Shown piece by piece: positions 24,831 to 38,965 of a stretch of DNA of 64,000 nucleotides (position 1 is its first letter; each line of letters opens with the position of its first letter). This DNA comes from Leptogorgia sarmentosa (Eukaryota): positions 20,646,001 through 20,710,000 of the forward strand of contig OZ210885.1 in NCBI GenBank assembly GCA_964658305.1, read 5' to 3'. Position numbers and translations under genes: made by a program. A model generated the notes under the pieces. That model ran no database searches. It saw nothing but the letters and a program-made list of their open reading frames with translations, and had not been told where the DNA came from.

Positions 24831-24875
24831 GTGGCAATCCAGGTATTTCTGTCATGTTCAGGTCTTTCACACTAA

Positions 24876-25105
24876 GGGAGTGTTCATTATTAATACCCGG
24901 GGTTGGTAACGAAGAGAAACTAATTTAAAAGAGAAAAAATCTGTCACCCAACCATTTTAGCTGACCAATTTTTTTCCGACCCAACCTTTGCATCGCTTGA
25001 ATTTTTAATTTACCCAACATAATTTCTAACAGCTATTCTACCATATATTTTGAACTTTTGTACCTTTACGTTCATATTATGTTACCAAGCCTCCAAGTTC
25101 CTGCA
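24876..25105. mobile_element. Orphan Zator-type terminus (copy at 33146-33375)
   Basis: TAA|GGGAGTGTTCATTATTAATA..CGAAGAGAAAC with ACCCAAC subterminal repeats, similar to the element C TIR. Confidence 0.6.
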
Positions 25106-25953
25106 CTTTCGAAACCATGCAAGTATATTCACAGTCATTCTTATACAAAGTAAGAATAAAATTACGTATATTATTACGATATACAAATTCAAAGAATATC
25201 TTTTTACGATTTTTATTGTGCCTGCGCACTGTATTTATGAAGGTAATGAAACAAATATTTCAAATTGTATTAAACGTATATTCGAGTTTATAAAAATTAT
25301 AATGTAGCTAAGTTCTACAATATGCATGGAGAGCCTTTGACTTCGCACTCTCGGATAATACAATGTTTGATATATACACTTCAAAGCAATTCTTGATCGT
25401 TAATATCTTTCATGAAAGTAAAATGGGATATTTTGCGGGTCGAGGTAGGCCATGTTTACAAATAGTCGGATGCTACATGATTTTCATAAATTCCACATTT
25501 ACACGTACAGTAAATCCGTTGGGCTTGAGTAATGGACAGGTTGATGCTGACAATTACATATTCCACTGTATCTTTTGGTCCTATGTGTATTATATCATAG
25601 CTTGTTTATACATTACGTGTTCAAATTCTTACGGTGAAAAGTCCTCGCCAAGCGCTTTTGTTGTCTACTGAAATCTGATCCAAGTTGTCTCCTTAAATGC
25701 AACTTAACACTCATTGTTACACAGGAAGTATTTAATAACAAATATGAGTTTTTTTAGTTCTTCTATTTCTAATTTCATGTTGCAAGTATGAATACTATCG
25801 TCCGAATCCAGAACACAAGTTGCAATTAAATAAAGCCAAACCAATTCACTCCCCTACCACCCGTCCCTAAGGAAATTGTCAATTTAGCACCCAAAATCTG
25901 GGTGCCACGTGACCAGCCCTGACCAGGCTCTTGATCCTCTCGGTCCGAGGTTG
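25106..25953. mobile_element. Partial copy of the 47646-49081 element (copy at 33376-34223)
   Basis: Nearly identical to 48248-49081; ends in GAGGTTG. Confidence 0.85.
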
Positions 25954-26531
25954 CTCAAAAACAAGGTAATCCAACTTTGGCATGCCATTGTGCATTAATT
26001 ACTGGGTGTACGAAGGTGATTTTTGCATGGTCATAAAGATCAAGGTCTTAGCAGTTGAATGACATATTTCTTGTGCGATATGGAAGAAAATCAGGCAAAT
26101 GCGAGCGTGTTGAAACATCTCAGTGAAAAACGCATTCTTTCACCTCTGTGCCTAATTAAAGCAGTGCATAACAAAAGAAAAATGCAATTCATCACGAATA
26201 TGTCATGGTAACAAAGATTTTATCAGGATTATGAATAATTATGCATAATGAGGTCGATTGTTGAAGGGAAGGTCGTCATCTTCAAGTCCCAGAGGGAGTT
26301 AATTTTGAATAAGTTTAGATGCAATTCTCAGAGGTGAAAGAATGCGTTTTTCACCGAGATTTTTCAACACGCTCACATTTGCCTGATTTTCTTCCATATC
26401 ATAGAACAAATATGTCATTCAACTGCTAAGACCTTGATCTTTATGACCATGCAAAAATCACGTTTGTACACCCAGTAATTAATGCACAATGGCATGCCAA
26501 AGTTGGATTACCTTTTTTTTGAGACACCCTG
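25954..26531. mobile_element. Foldback Tc1/mariner MITE family 2, left tip missing (copy at 34224-34801)
   Basis: Arms match 50576-61609; ends GAGACACCCTG|TA. Confidence 0.85.
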
Positions 26532-29280
26532 TATAGCTCGTTCCGAAATGCAGAAGGCAGTTACCAGTTCGACTTCCAAGAAAAGAAATCGCCGTCCAAA
26601 GATGGGGTAAAAAAATCAACAGACACCAATGAAGGTATGAGAACATTATTTTATTCGATAATTTTACTCAAACGCTCATTTATTGCACTGACATGTTTAC
26701 ATCTACGTACACAAAGCATTGAATAAGTATACGTCGCTATTTTGCAATTTGATTTATTCTCCAATAGTTGTATTCGCACAGCAAATGCATAATTATTTAA
26801 AAAGTAATCCGATTCAGTGCTGCGCACTTTCACTTGCGCTTTGTCTTGCAATAATATACAGAGTAACTACATACCTTGCATAAAATTATACCTTCGAAAT
26901 TCCAGGGGTTTTTTTTGCAATAACTGTAAAGGAACCTTAATTTGGGCATGCTATAGTAACTGTATTATGTGTAAATGTTGTTATAATAATATGTTGTATA
27001 AACTGTTCAGTAGTAAATGTATCAACAAACGAAGATGGGCAGACTCGTGGGGAAAGTACCGGTAAGTAATTTTATACAGTATTCTGATGATAGATTCTGA
27101 TACAGCTAAAATATTGAATTTGCTTTGATTCCTTTGAAGAATATTCGGTATTTTCACTCATGTCTTGCTCTTGCATACTCTGGTTTGTATAATTGAATAC
27201 TGAGCTCCCTGGAGTTGTAGCTATATTCACGATACAAACCAGAGTAGCGAGCAAGACATCAGTGATATTATACCTGGTTGCCGTGAACCAACTGACTTTA
27301 TATTCGTTATTTTGTTTATTTAAAAGGACATTGAAATAAGCATTAGCTATTACGTATATAATTATCTACAATACGTTTTTGGTTGATTGTTTTTTTCAGC
27401 AGTTTAGAATATCATGAAGTCTGTACTGCAACCGGGACTTCCAAATCCATCTAGCATAGAGTGTTTGCATGTTATAAAATTTAGTATTCATTTTAGTATT
27501 GTGATTAGTAAATTACTCCCAGCATGCTTGCAAGCCTATTCTTCTGATAAGTGGAAAAGAGCGTTAAGGCTTGTGTTTTTTGGGACATTTTGAGTTTATG
27601 CATGCATGGGTATAGGATTATTGTTTAACATTGGAAGTCTCGGCATCCGTCAATTAGGTCGCTCATTAAGAAATAGTACATTAAACGCAGCAAGATGAAG
27701 TACTTTTTTTTTTCAGAAACGGGTTTGTCTCAAGTACCGAGTAGTGCTCCTGACACGAATTTGGAAGTCGGTATGATTGCACAAATGTATTCTTAAGCAC
27801 ATGCAGTCAGCCATGCAGTCTTAATATAGTTGTAATTGTATAAAAAATAGCGTTTACTCTTTTTGAAGAAGATCTTGTATTTTGTCCGTCAATAGAAAGT
27901 CATCCATGCATAAGTATAAATATCGTATAAATTGTATTGTACCATGCATGACTTTTTTCAATGCATTTTTTGAAACGTACGTTTATCTAAAAGTAATCCT
28001 TAGTTATCCCTATTTGCTTGTTATTTTATATCTGGATGCTTATTGTGCTTTATAATCTATATACTGTAGGTACAGCAGTCCACCTACTTAGTGCAAAAGG
28101 CGATATACTAGGTCATGGAGTGGTTACTGGACAAACGACCGTTCACGGACACGAATTGACCAGTGGCTGGATTCCCCTCATGGTGAAAACAATTAAAGCA
28201 CACGTAAAACCATGGGTGGATTTTCCAACCCACTCTGGTGAAGTTGAAAAGGATAGTTTGTTGCTTGGCCAAAGGCATTCCTGAAAGCCAAAAGTTCGGA
28301 AATGTAGAATACTGTAATTACATGTAAATATTTTTTATTGAATTAGCTAATAAACGAAAAAGTAATATTGCAGCTGCACTTTCGAAGTCAGCTTTAAAAC
28401 GAGAATGCATTAAAAAAAACCACTATTTGTGCTGTTTTTTGCTTGCCGGCATTATTGGCTATAGTTGCACATGCACCATGCCACCATAAATGAAATGCAC
28501 CCTCTTCTTCAATATCAATGAAATGCATTGGTGATGAAATTTAAACTGCGTCAGGTTGACTTTGTGTTGGTTCGACTCCAACACGCAGTTGTTTTGATTA
28601 CACCAAGAACATCGGGCAAAAATGTTATCATACCATATTTAATTCAAGTTTCCATCCTATTATAAAAAACAAGACTAACTAAAGGTTGGACAAGATGGAC
28701 GAGAGGTGGCTAGATTTTAAAAACTTAAGACGATTCAAAATTTAAACTCGGGATTCAGTTCATCTTAATGTTAATGCTGGATGAGGTCAGTGTTAGGTAA
28801 GGTTTAAAACCAAACTTTGTCTGCCTGCAATATATTTTTCTGAGTTTGAATTTCGAATATAAATGTTACACAGCATATCATTCAATGATAAAAAATACCA
28901 TGAACTAATTCTGTGCAGCATATTTTCTTCTGGTACCTGTATCAAGGTATCAAGCCTAAACCTTGCATGCATGATAAGTCAACAATATCAGACGAATCTA
29001 TGCATGCGCTACCGACTATAGAAATAAACTAAACATTAATGTGTCTACACAAGTTAGTTTAAAATTTAAGTTCAATTATTTACAAGATGAATTGGAATGT
29101 TTTTTTAATACAAGTGTAATGTATCAGAATCTAAGTTACTCTCCCCTCTATCTACTGAGAGTTGTTTTTGTCTAATAGCTTCACTCGTTCAAAAGTTATT
29201 ACGAATCAAACCGGAGTACTTTTTTTTGGGACACCCAGTATATATATTATGTAGTCTTTATATAATATATACTGCACGAT

Positions 29281-30662
29281 AAGGCTGTATTATAGAAATC
29301 ACTCATTTTTGAAGACAAACAAATTCTGGTCGTATGAATTTGAAATTCAAATATGTTATTGCATTCACTGAGAGAAATGTTTGTGCAAAAAATCACGCCG
29401 AAATATCGTTAGGAAGAATACTCGGTTAAATGGGGTGCTTTTCCTCAGACAAGGCTTTATCCCCGAGCCATGGCGCGAAGCGCCGTCCGGGCGTTAGCCC
29501 AGGGCGAGGGTAATAATTCCGCATAGCGAGTCCAAAGTTGCGCGATTTGGCCGCCATTTTGGGTCATCGTCGAAGGGTGGTCACCACTGATCTCAAAATT
29601 ATGCTGGACCATCATGACGAGCCGAAGCTTTTTAAAGGTTTAAAGCTTTTGGAAAGGCGAAAATAAAGACAAGATCTACGCTGTAGGACTTGAAAAGCCT
29701 TCTCAGAAGATATAAAACGCTGAGAAAGGGGAAAAAAACGACTACGGATTGAAACACAAGATAAGTTCGTCAATATGTTGTCGGCAGTGAACTTTTGTTT
29801 TGCGTATTTACTATCTACAGTCTACTATTTGTATGAAACGTCGCCGTAGCCGCATTTAATCTATTCACGGCTCAATTCCAGAGTATAAGTTTATCTTTTT
29901 AAAGGCAAGACTTCACAAAATATTTACAAACTTTACCCCAATAGAACACGAGCGAACATTGGCTGGAAATTGTTTCATATCAAAGACTGACTTAATTGTA
30001 TATTTAAAACGTTTTATACAAATAAATGTAGTATTTCGCACCAAATTCAAGTTTATATTAGTCCTAATCAGGTACGGTTAACAAATGGTTCTCCAAATTA
30101 AAAATAATGCCAATAAAACAAAGATAAAAGCTGATATTTTGACTGTTTTAAAAAAAATACAGAAATATTAATTTCTGATCGTGTTGCCATGACAACAACC
30201 TCAGGCAGCCCCTGAAGTACTTCATGTTCCAAAAATATAGTTGCAAAAATTGGTTAGTAAGGCGAGGGGTTGCTGCATGTATGTATTTCTAGTATAATAT
30301 ATAAGGCTGTACTAGAAATCACTCATTTTTGAAGACAAACAAATTTTGGTCGTATGAATTTGAAATTGAAATATGTTATTGCATTCACTGAAAGAAATGT
30401 TTGTGCAAAAAATCACGCCGAAATATTGTTAGGAAGAATACTCGGTTATATGGGGTGCTTTTCCTCAGACAAGGCTTTATATAATATATAAGGCTGTACT
30501 AGAAATCACTTATTTTTGAAGACAAACAAATTTTGGTCGTATGAATTTGAAATTGAAATATGTTATTGCATTCACTGAAAGAAATGTTTGTGCAAAAAAT
30601 CACGCCGAAATATTGTTAGGAAGAATACTCGGTTAAATGGGGTGCTTTTCCTCAGACAAGGC
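29281..30662. repeat. Three copies of a ~187-bp tandem unit (repeated at 37551-38932)
   Basis: AAGGCTGTA..GAAATCACT..CCTCAGACAAGGC starting at about 29281, 30303 and 30490. Confidence 0.9.
29457..30293 (+). mobile_element. Non-autonomous Helentron/Helitron-like element (copy at 37727-38563)
   Basis: 5' ATCCCCGAGCC plus GGCGCGAAGCGCC hairpin; 3' GGCGAGGGGTT imperfect sub-TIR; CTAGT end; no TSD; sits between tandem units. Confidence 0.55.
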
Positions 30663-30695
30663 ATGGGTATAGGGTGCATGCTTGGGTATACAGCG

Positions 30696-31652
30696 TGTAA
30701 ACAAGGGTTTATTTATTCGCACCTGCTTTATGTCACAATGCTTTTTCGACTGCACACTGAAAAACCACGCTCGACCCGTTCGTTTTTACAATCCACTATA
30801 TTTTAATTTTACGAAGTATTACATATTGTACAAACATAAATTAACATAAATTACAACCAAATCTTCTCTACATTTCCCCCTCCCTGATTCTATTAGAATC
30901 TGTTGTCAAATGTATGTAAAACTAATCTGAACGTTCCCCATACTACATTTCTGTTCCGTAGATATAACGTTTATATTATTTATTGTCTTCTAACTCCAAC
31001 TGAGCGATTCGAGATATCGACCTTCGATAAGTACTGTCTCCTACCTTAACATCTACCACACACACTAATCCATCGCTCCCCGGGTACACGTCAACGATTC
31101 TTCCTATTTTCCAATCCCTTCTAGATGCTTCTGGGTCAATCACTAAAACAATATCTCCCTCCTTGAAGTTCTCTTTCTTCTCAAACCATTTACTACGTGC
31201 TCCAATACTTGTAATATATTCCCGCATCCATCTCTTCCAAGTTTGACGTATCAATTCTTGGATTCTTCGCCACCGTTTTCGCGGATTAAAGGCAACACTG
31301 TCGACAGATTCTGGGGCCAACTCACCACCCATATGTCCCATCAAGAAATGGTTTGGTGTGAGCACCTGCTCGTCCTTCGGGTCGTCACTCATCACTGTTA
31401 AAGGTCTTGAATTTAACAGGCTCTCGACTCCAGTGAATGTCGTCAATAGCTCTTCATCATTCACGTCGGCGTTTCCTAGTATAGCATATATAGCTCGTTT
31501 AGCAGCTTTAATCATTCTTTCAAAACCCCCACCAAAATGAGGTGCTAGCGGTGGATTCCAATGCCACCGAATTCCGTTATTTGCGGTCATGCGTTGAATC
31601 TTATCTTGGTCCAACTGCTGAACCAACTCGCGCAATTCGTTGTTACCTCCAA
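30696..31652 (-). mobile_element. Duplicated BEL/Pao 3' end (integrase C-terminus, PPT, LTR 30696-30872)
   Basis: Identical to 38966-39922. Confidence 0.92.
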
Positions 31653-34600
31653 GGAACACATTTCAAGTATCTTTACTTATCAAATCGTCAAAGTTATTTA
31701 CAACAACTGTCACCTTTCTTGAGCGGGTTGCGTTCCATACTTTATACGGCTTTAACTATTTTAAACAAAAAACATATAGGTTGGTATTTGTAAATTCCTC
31801 TACAAAAAATGAATAATTCATTGCTTAATTTACCTCAAGTTGATCCGCCATTGTTGAAGAAACATACATGTGACGACCGATTTGGTACCAGGCCATGGGC
31901 TGGTCAGATGTCCCCTGTCTTACACACAATATCATGAAATGTCCCCTATCCCGGGCTGTCATTGGTGAGAAAAAGCCCGACCCTGGGAATGAGACATGTT
32001 GTCAAATCCCCTATTGTTGCCCCCCCCCCCCCCTCGGGCTTAACATTGATTCATGCATTACAGCAGAGTATTAAAATCGTTAAAGTCTGCTATACAAAGC
32101 ACTCAAAGTTTTTAGGGTATAATGCAATTTAGTACAGTCATGGACTTAGCAAACAACAAATTAGAAGTCCATGGCATTGAAACACACAAGTTTTTAGTCC
32201 ATTTTGCTTTTTTTACAAGTGCCAGTGTCATCCGCACATGCTTGGATGTAGCCACTGTCGTTACTACACTGAACTGCATATTCACTAACTTTTCGGTGGA
32301 CATCCACTCTCAAGCTAGACTTGGATGTCAGGATGTCTTCCATATCCTCTTCACTTGGCAAGTCCTTGAGCTCAGTCCAATTGAATAGATGCATTATGAC
32401 CTAAATCAATTGAGAGTAAACTGCTACTTTAATTTATCGTAATGAACCACACACACGAATGAGTGAAAAAAATAATACAACACAAATGTAAGCATGGCGA
32501 ATTTTTCACACAAAGATGCACTGTCAAGCTATTAGAATTACCCTAGGTGGTATTGTGATAACGTAAACATCAATATTATGTAACAAGCAAACGATGAGTA
32601 GTCTAGGTTAATATTTTCTCCTCCTAAATTTTCTTACCTGGGTAAAGGCAGTATGCCATTGATGTTTTGGTTAACTGAGCAAAACCATACAGAGTGCTTC
32701 GGGCCTTGCACTATTTGTCATGAACATGGCCTTGCATATGTTGCTCTCTGGCAGAGCTCCAACCATTGTCGGCTCTTCGATCAAAGTGATCTTACCCTTG
32801 ATCGAAACTATTGGCAACAAACCATCGTTTATATTTAACCTCAGGATTGAGGCTATATCGTAGGTAAATGGTTTCAGTGCGAACTGTTGGCATGCGTCAT
32901 GCGCCATGTGTGTCGTTTGATCCAGGCGGATTTCCTTATATGTTGACTTATTTTCATGTCCTTTTTTCAGGCTAAACTGACTTATTTCGTACGTCTTGTG
33001 TAGTTTTATTGTCTCGTAGAGTTTGCTGTTGAAGCAAACTGCCCGTATGTTGGATTCTGTGTCCTCGTTTACCACGAGGATCGTGGATGTGAGTATCTGA
33101 GTGGCAATCCAGGTATTTCTGTCATGTTCAGGTCTTTCACACTAAGGGAGTGTTCATTATTAATACCCGGGGTTGGTAACGAAGAGAAACTAATTTAAAA
33201 GAGAAAAAATCTGTCACCCAACCATTTTAGCTGACCAATTTTTTTCCGACCCAACCTTTGCATCGCTTGAATTTTTAATTTACCCAACATAATTTCTAAC
33301 AGCTATTCTACCATATATTTTGAACTTTTGTACCTTTACGTTCATATTATGTTACCAAGCCTCCAAGTTCCTGCACTTTCGAAACCATGCAAGTATATTC
33401 ACAGTCATTCTTATACAAAGTAAGAATAAAATTACGTATATTATTACGATATACAAATTCAAAGAATATCTTTTTACGATTTTTATTGTGCCTGCGCACT
33501 GTATTTATGAAGGTAATGAAACAAATATTTCAAATTGTATTAAACGTATATTCGAGTTTATAAAAATTATAATGTAGCTAAGTTCTACAATATGCATGGA
33601 GAGCCTTTGACTTCGCACTCTCGGATAATACAATGTTTGATATATACACTTCAAAGCAATTCTTGATCGTTAATATCTTTCATGAAAGTAAAATGGGATA
33701 TTTTGCGGGTCGAGGTAGGCCATGTTTACAAATAGTCGGATGCTACATGATTTTCATAAATTCCACATTTACACGTACAGTAAATCCGTTGGGCTTGAGT
33801 AATGGACAGGTTGATGCTGACAATTACATATTCCACTGTATCTTTTGGTCCTATGTGTATTATATCATAGCTTGTTTATACATTACGTGTTCAAATTCTT
33901 ACGGTGAAAAGTCCTCGCCAAGCGCTTTTGTTGTCTACTGAAATCTGATCCAAGTTGTCTCCTTAAATGCAACTTAACACTCATTGTTACACAGGAAGTA
34001 TTTAATAACAAATATGAGTTTTTTTAGTTCTTCTATTTCTAATTTCATGTTGCAAGTATGAATACTATCGTCCGAATCCAGAACACAAGTTGCAATTAAA
34101 TAAAGCCAAACCAATTCACTCCCCTACCACCCGTCCCTAAGGAAATTGTCAATTTAGCACCCAAAATCTGGGTGCCACGTGACCAGCCCTGACCAGGCTC
34201 TTGATCCTCTCGGTCCGAGGTTGCTCAAAAACAAGGTAATCCAACTTTGGCATGCCATTGTGCATTAATTACTGGGTGTACGAAGGTGATTTTTGCATGG
34301 TCATAAAGATCAAGGTCTTAGCAGTTGAATGACATATTTCTTGTGCGATATGGAAGAAAATCAGGCAAATGCGAGCGTGTTGAAACATCTCAGTGAAAAA
34401 CGCATTCTTTCACCTCTGTGCCTAATTAAAGCAGTGCATAACAAAAGAAAAATGCAATTCATCACGAATATGTCATGGTAACAAAGATTTTATCAGGATT
34501 ATGAATAATTATGCATAATGAGGTCGATTGTTGAAGGGAAGGTCGTCATCTTCAAGTCCCAGAGGGAGTTAATTTTGAATAAGTTTAGATGCAATTCTCA

Positions 34601-37600
34601 GAGGTGAAAGAATGCGTTTTTCACCGAGATTTTTCAACACGCTCACATTTGCCTGATTTTCTTCCATATCATAGAACAAATATGTCATTCAACTGCTAAG
34701 ACCTTGATCTTTATGACCATGCAAAAATCACGTTTGTACACCCAGTAATTAATGCACAATGGCATGCCAAAGTTGGATTACCTTTTTTTTGAGACACCCT
34801 GTATAGCTCGTTCCGAAATGCAGAAGGCAGTTACCAGTTCGACTTCCAAGAAAAGAAATCGCCGTCCAAAGATGGGGTAAAAAAATCAACAGACACCAAT
34901 GAAGGTATGAGAACATTATTTTATTCGATAATTTTACTCAAACGCTCATTTATTGCACTGACATGTTTACATCTACGTACACAAAGCATTGAATAAGTAT
35001 ACGTCGCTATTTTGCAATTTGATTTATTCTCCAATAGTTGTATTCGCACAGCAAATGCATAATTATTTAAAAAGTAATCCGATTCAGTGCTGCGCACTTT
35101 CACTTGCGCTTTGTCTTGCAATAATATACAGAGTAACTACATACCTTGCATAAAATTATACCTTCGAAATTCCAGGGGTTTTTTTTGCAATAACTGTAAA
35201 GGAACCTTAATTTGGGCATGCTATAGTAACTGTATTATGTGTAAATGTTGTTATAATAATATGTTGTATAAACTGTTCAGTAGTAAATGTATCAACAAAC
35301 GAAGATGGGCAGACTCGTGGGGAAAGTACCGGTAAGTAATTTTATACAGTATTCTGATGATAGATTCTGATACAGCTAAAATATTGAATTTGCTTTGATT
35401 CCTTTGAAGAATATTCGGTATTTTCACTCATGTCTTGCTCTTGCATACTCTGGTTTGTATAATTGAATACTGAGCTCCCTGGAGTTGTAGCTATATTCAC
35501 GATACAAACCAGAGTAGCGAGCAAGACATCAGTGATATTATACCTGGTTGCCGTGAACCAACTGACTTTATATTCGTTATTTTGTTTATTTAAAAGGACA
35601 TTGAAATAAGCATTAGCTATTACGTATATAATTATCTACAATACGTTTTTGGTTGATTGTTTTTTTCAGCAGTTTAGAATATCATGAAGTCTGTACTGCA
35701 ACCGGGACTTCCAAATCCATCTAGCATAGAGTGTTTGCATGTTATAAAATTTAGTATTCATTTTAGTATTGTGATTAGTAAATTACTCCCAGCATGCTTG
35801 CAAGCCTATTCTTCTGATAAGTGGAAAAGAGCGTTAAGGCTTGTGTTTTTTGGGACATTTTGAGTTTATGCATGCATGGGTATAGGATTATTGTTTAACA
35901 TTGGAAGTCTCGGCATCCGTCAATTAGGTCGCTCATTAAGAAATAGTACATTAAACGCAGCAAGATGAAGTACTTTTTTTTTTCAGAAACGGGTTTGTCT
36001 CAAGTACCGAGTAGTGCTCCTGACACGAATTTGGAAGTCGGTATGATTGCACAAATGTATTCTTAAGCACATGCAGTCAGCCATGCAGTCTTAATATAGT
36101 TGTAATTGTATAAAAAATAGCGTTTACTCTTTTTGAAGAAGATCTTGTATTTTGTCCGTCAATAGAAAGTCATCCATGCATAAGTATAAATATCGTATAA
36201 ATTGTATTGTACCATGCATGACTTTTTTCAATGCATTTTTTGAAACGTACGTTTATCTAAAAGTAATCCTTAGTTATCCCTATTTGCTTGTTATTTTATA
36301 TCTGGATGCTTATTGTGCTTTATAATCTATATACTGTAGGTACAGCAGTCCACCTACTTAGTGCAAAAGGCGATATACTAGGTCATGGAGTGGTTACTGG
36401 ACAAACGACCGTTCACGGACACGAATTGACCAGTGGCTGGATTCCCCTCATGGTGAAAACAATTAAAGCACACGTAAAACCATGGGTGGATTTTCCAACC
36501 CACTCTGGTGAAGTTGAAAAGGATAGTTTGTTGCTTGGCCAAAGGCATTCCTGAAAGCCAAAAGTTCGGAAATGTAGAATACTGTAATTACATGTAAATA
36601 TTTTTTATTGAATTAGCTAATAAACGAAAAAGTAATATTGCAGCTGCACTTTCGAAGTCAGCTTTAAAACGAGAATGCATTAAAAAAAACCACTATTTGT
36701 GCTGTTTTTTGCTTGCCGGCATTATTGGCTATAGTTGCACATGCACCATGCCACCATAAATGAAATGCACCCTCTTCTTCAATATCAATGAAATGCATTG
36801 GTGATGAAATTTAAACTGCGTCAGGTTGACTTTGTGTTGGTTCGACTCCAACACGCAGTTGTTTTGATTACACCAAGAACATCGGGCAAAAATGTTATCA
36901 TACCATATTTAATTCAAGTTTCCATCCTATTATAAAAAACAAGACTAACTAAAGGTTGGACAAGATGGACGAGAGGTGGCTAGATTTTAAAAACTTAAGA
37001 CGATTCAAAATTTAAACTCGGGATTCAGTTCATCTTAATGTTAATGCTGGATGAGGTCAGTGTTAGGTAAGGTTTAAAACCAAACTTTGTCTGCCTGCAA
37101 TATATTTTTCTGAGTTTGAATTTCGAATATAAATGTTACACAGCATATCATTCAATGATAAAAAATACCATGAACTAATTCTGTGCAGCATATTTTCTTC
37201 TGGTACCTGTATCAAGGTATCAAGCCTAAACCTTGCATGCATGATAAGTCAACAATATCAGACGAATCTATGCATGCGCTACCGACTATAGAAATAAACT
37301 AAACATTAATGTGTCTACACAAGTTAGTTTAAAATTTAAGTTCAATTATTTACAAGATGAATTGGAATGTTTTTTTAATACAAGTGTAATGTATCAGAAT
37401 CTAAGTTACTCTCCCCTCTATCTACTGAGAGTTGTTTTTGTCTAATAGCTTCACTCGTTCAAAAGTTATTACGAATCAAACCGGAGTACTTTTTTTTGGG
37501 ACACCCAGTATATATATTATGTAGTCTTTATATAATATATACTGCACGATAAGGCTGTATTATAGAAATCACTCATTTTTGAAGACAAACAAATTCTGGT

Positions 37601-38965
37601 CGTATGAATTTGAAATTCAAATATGTTATTGCATTCACTGAGAGAAATGTTTGTGCAAAAAATCACGCCGAAATATCGTTAGGAAGAATACTCGGTTAAA
37701 TGGGGTGCTTTTCCTCAGACAAGGCTTTATCCCCGAGCCATGGCGCGAAGCGCCGTCCGGGCGTTAGCCCAGGGCGAGGGTAATAATTCCGCATAGCGAG
37801 TCCAAAGTTGCGCGATTTGGCCGCCATTTTGGGTCATCGTCGAAGGGTGGTCACCACTGATCTCAAAATTATGCTGGACCATCATGACGAGCCGAAGCTT
37901 TTTAAAGGTTTAAAGCTTTTGGAAAGGCGAAAATAAAGACAAGATCTACGCTGTAGGACTTGAAAAGCCTTCTCAGAAGATATAAAACGCTGAGAAAGGG
38001 GAAAAAAACGACTACGGATTGAAACACAAGATAAGTTCGTCAATATGTTGTCGGCAGTGAACTTTTGTTTTGCGTATTTACTATCTACAGTCTACTATTT
38101 GTATGAAACGTCGCCGTAGCCGCATTTAATCTATTCACGGCTCAATTCCAGAGTATAAGTTTATCTTTTTAAAGGCAAGACTTCACAAAATATTTACAAA
38201 CTTTACCCCAATAGAACACGAGCGAACATTGGCTGGAAATTGTTTCATATCAAAGACTGACTTAATTGTATATTTAAAACGTTTTATACAAATAAATGTA
38301 GTATTTCGCACCAAATTCAAGTTTATATTAGTCCTAATCAGGTACGGTTAACAAATGGTTCTCCAAATTAAAAATAATGCCAATAAAACAAAGATAAAAG
38401 CTGATATTTTGACTGTTTTAAAAAAAAGACAGAAATATTAATTTCTGATCGTGTTGCCATGACAACAACCTCAGGCAGCCCCTGAAGTACTTCATGTTCC
38501 AAAAATATAGTTGCAAAAATTGGTTAGTAAGGCGAGGGGTTGCTGCATGTATGTATTTCTAGTATAATATATAAGGCTGTACTAGAAATCACTCATTTTT
38601 GAAGACAAACAAATTTTGGTCGTATGAATTTGAAATTGAAATATGTTATTGCATTCACTGAAAGAAATGTTTGTGCAAAAAATCACGCCGAAATATTGTT
38701 AGGAAGAATACTCGGTTATATGGGGTGCTTTTCCTCAGACAAGGCTTTATATAATATATAAGGCTGTACTAGAAATCACTTATTTTTGAAGACAAACAAA
38801 TTTTGGTCGTATGAATTTGAAATTGAAATATGTTATTGCATTCACTGAAAGAAATGTTTGTGCAAAAAATCACGCCGAAATATTGTTAGGAAGAATACTC
38901 GGTTAAATGGGGTGCTTTTCCTCAGACAAGGCATGGGTATAGGGTGCATGCTTGGGTATACAGCG

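Noticed and set aside
29281..30662. CRISPR-like array
   Set aside because: Units are about 187 bp with no unique spacers, no cas genes, and the context is eukaryotic.
30696..31652. Independent second BEL insertion
   Set aside because: The flanks are identical at +8270, so it is part of the tandem duplication.
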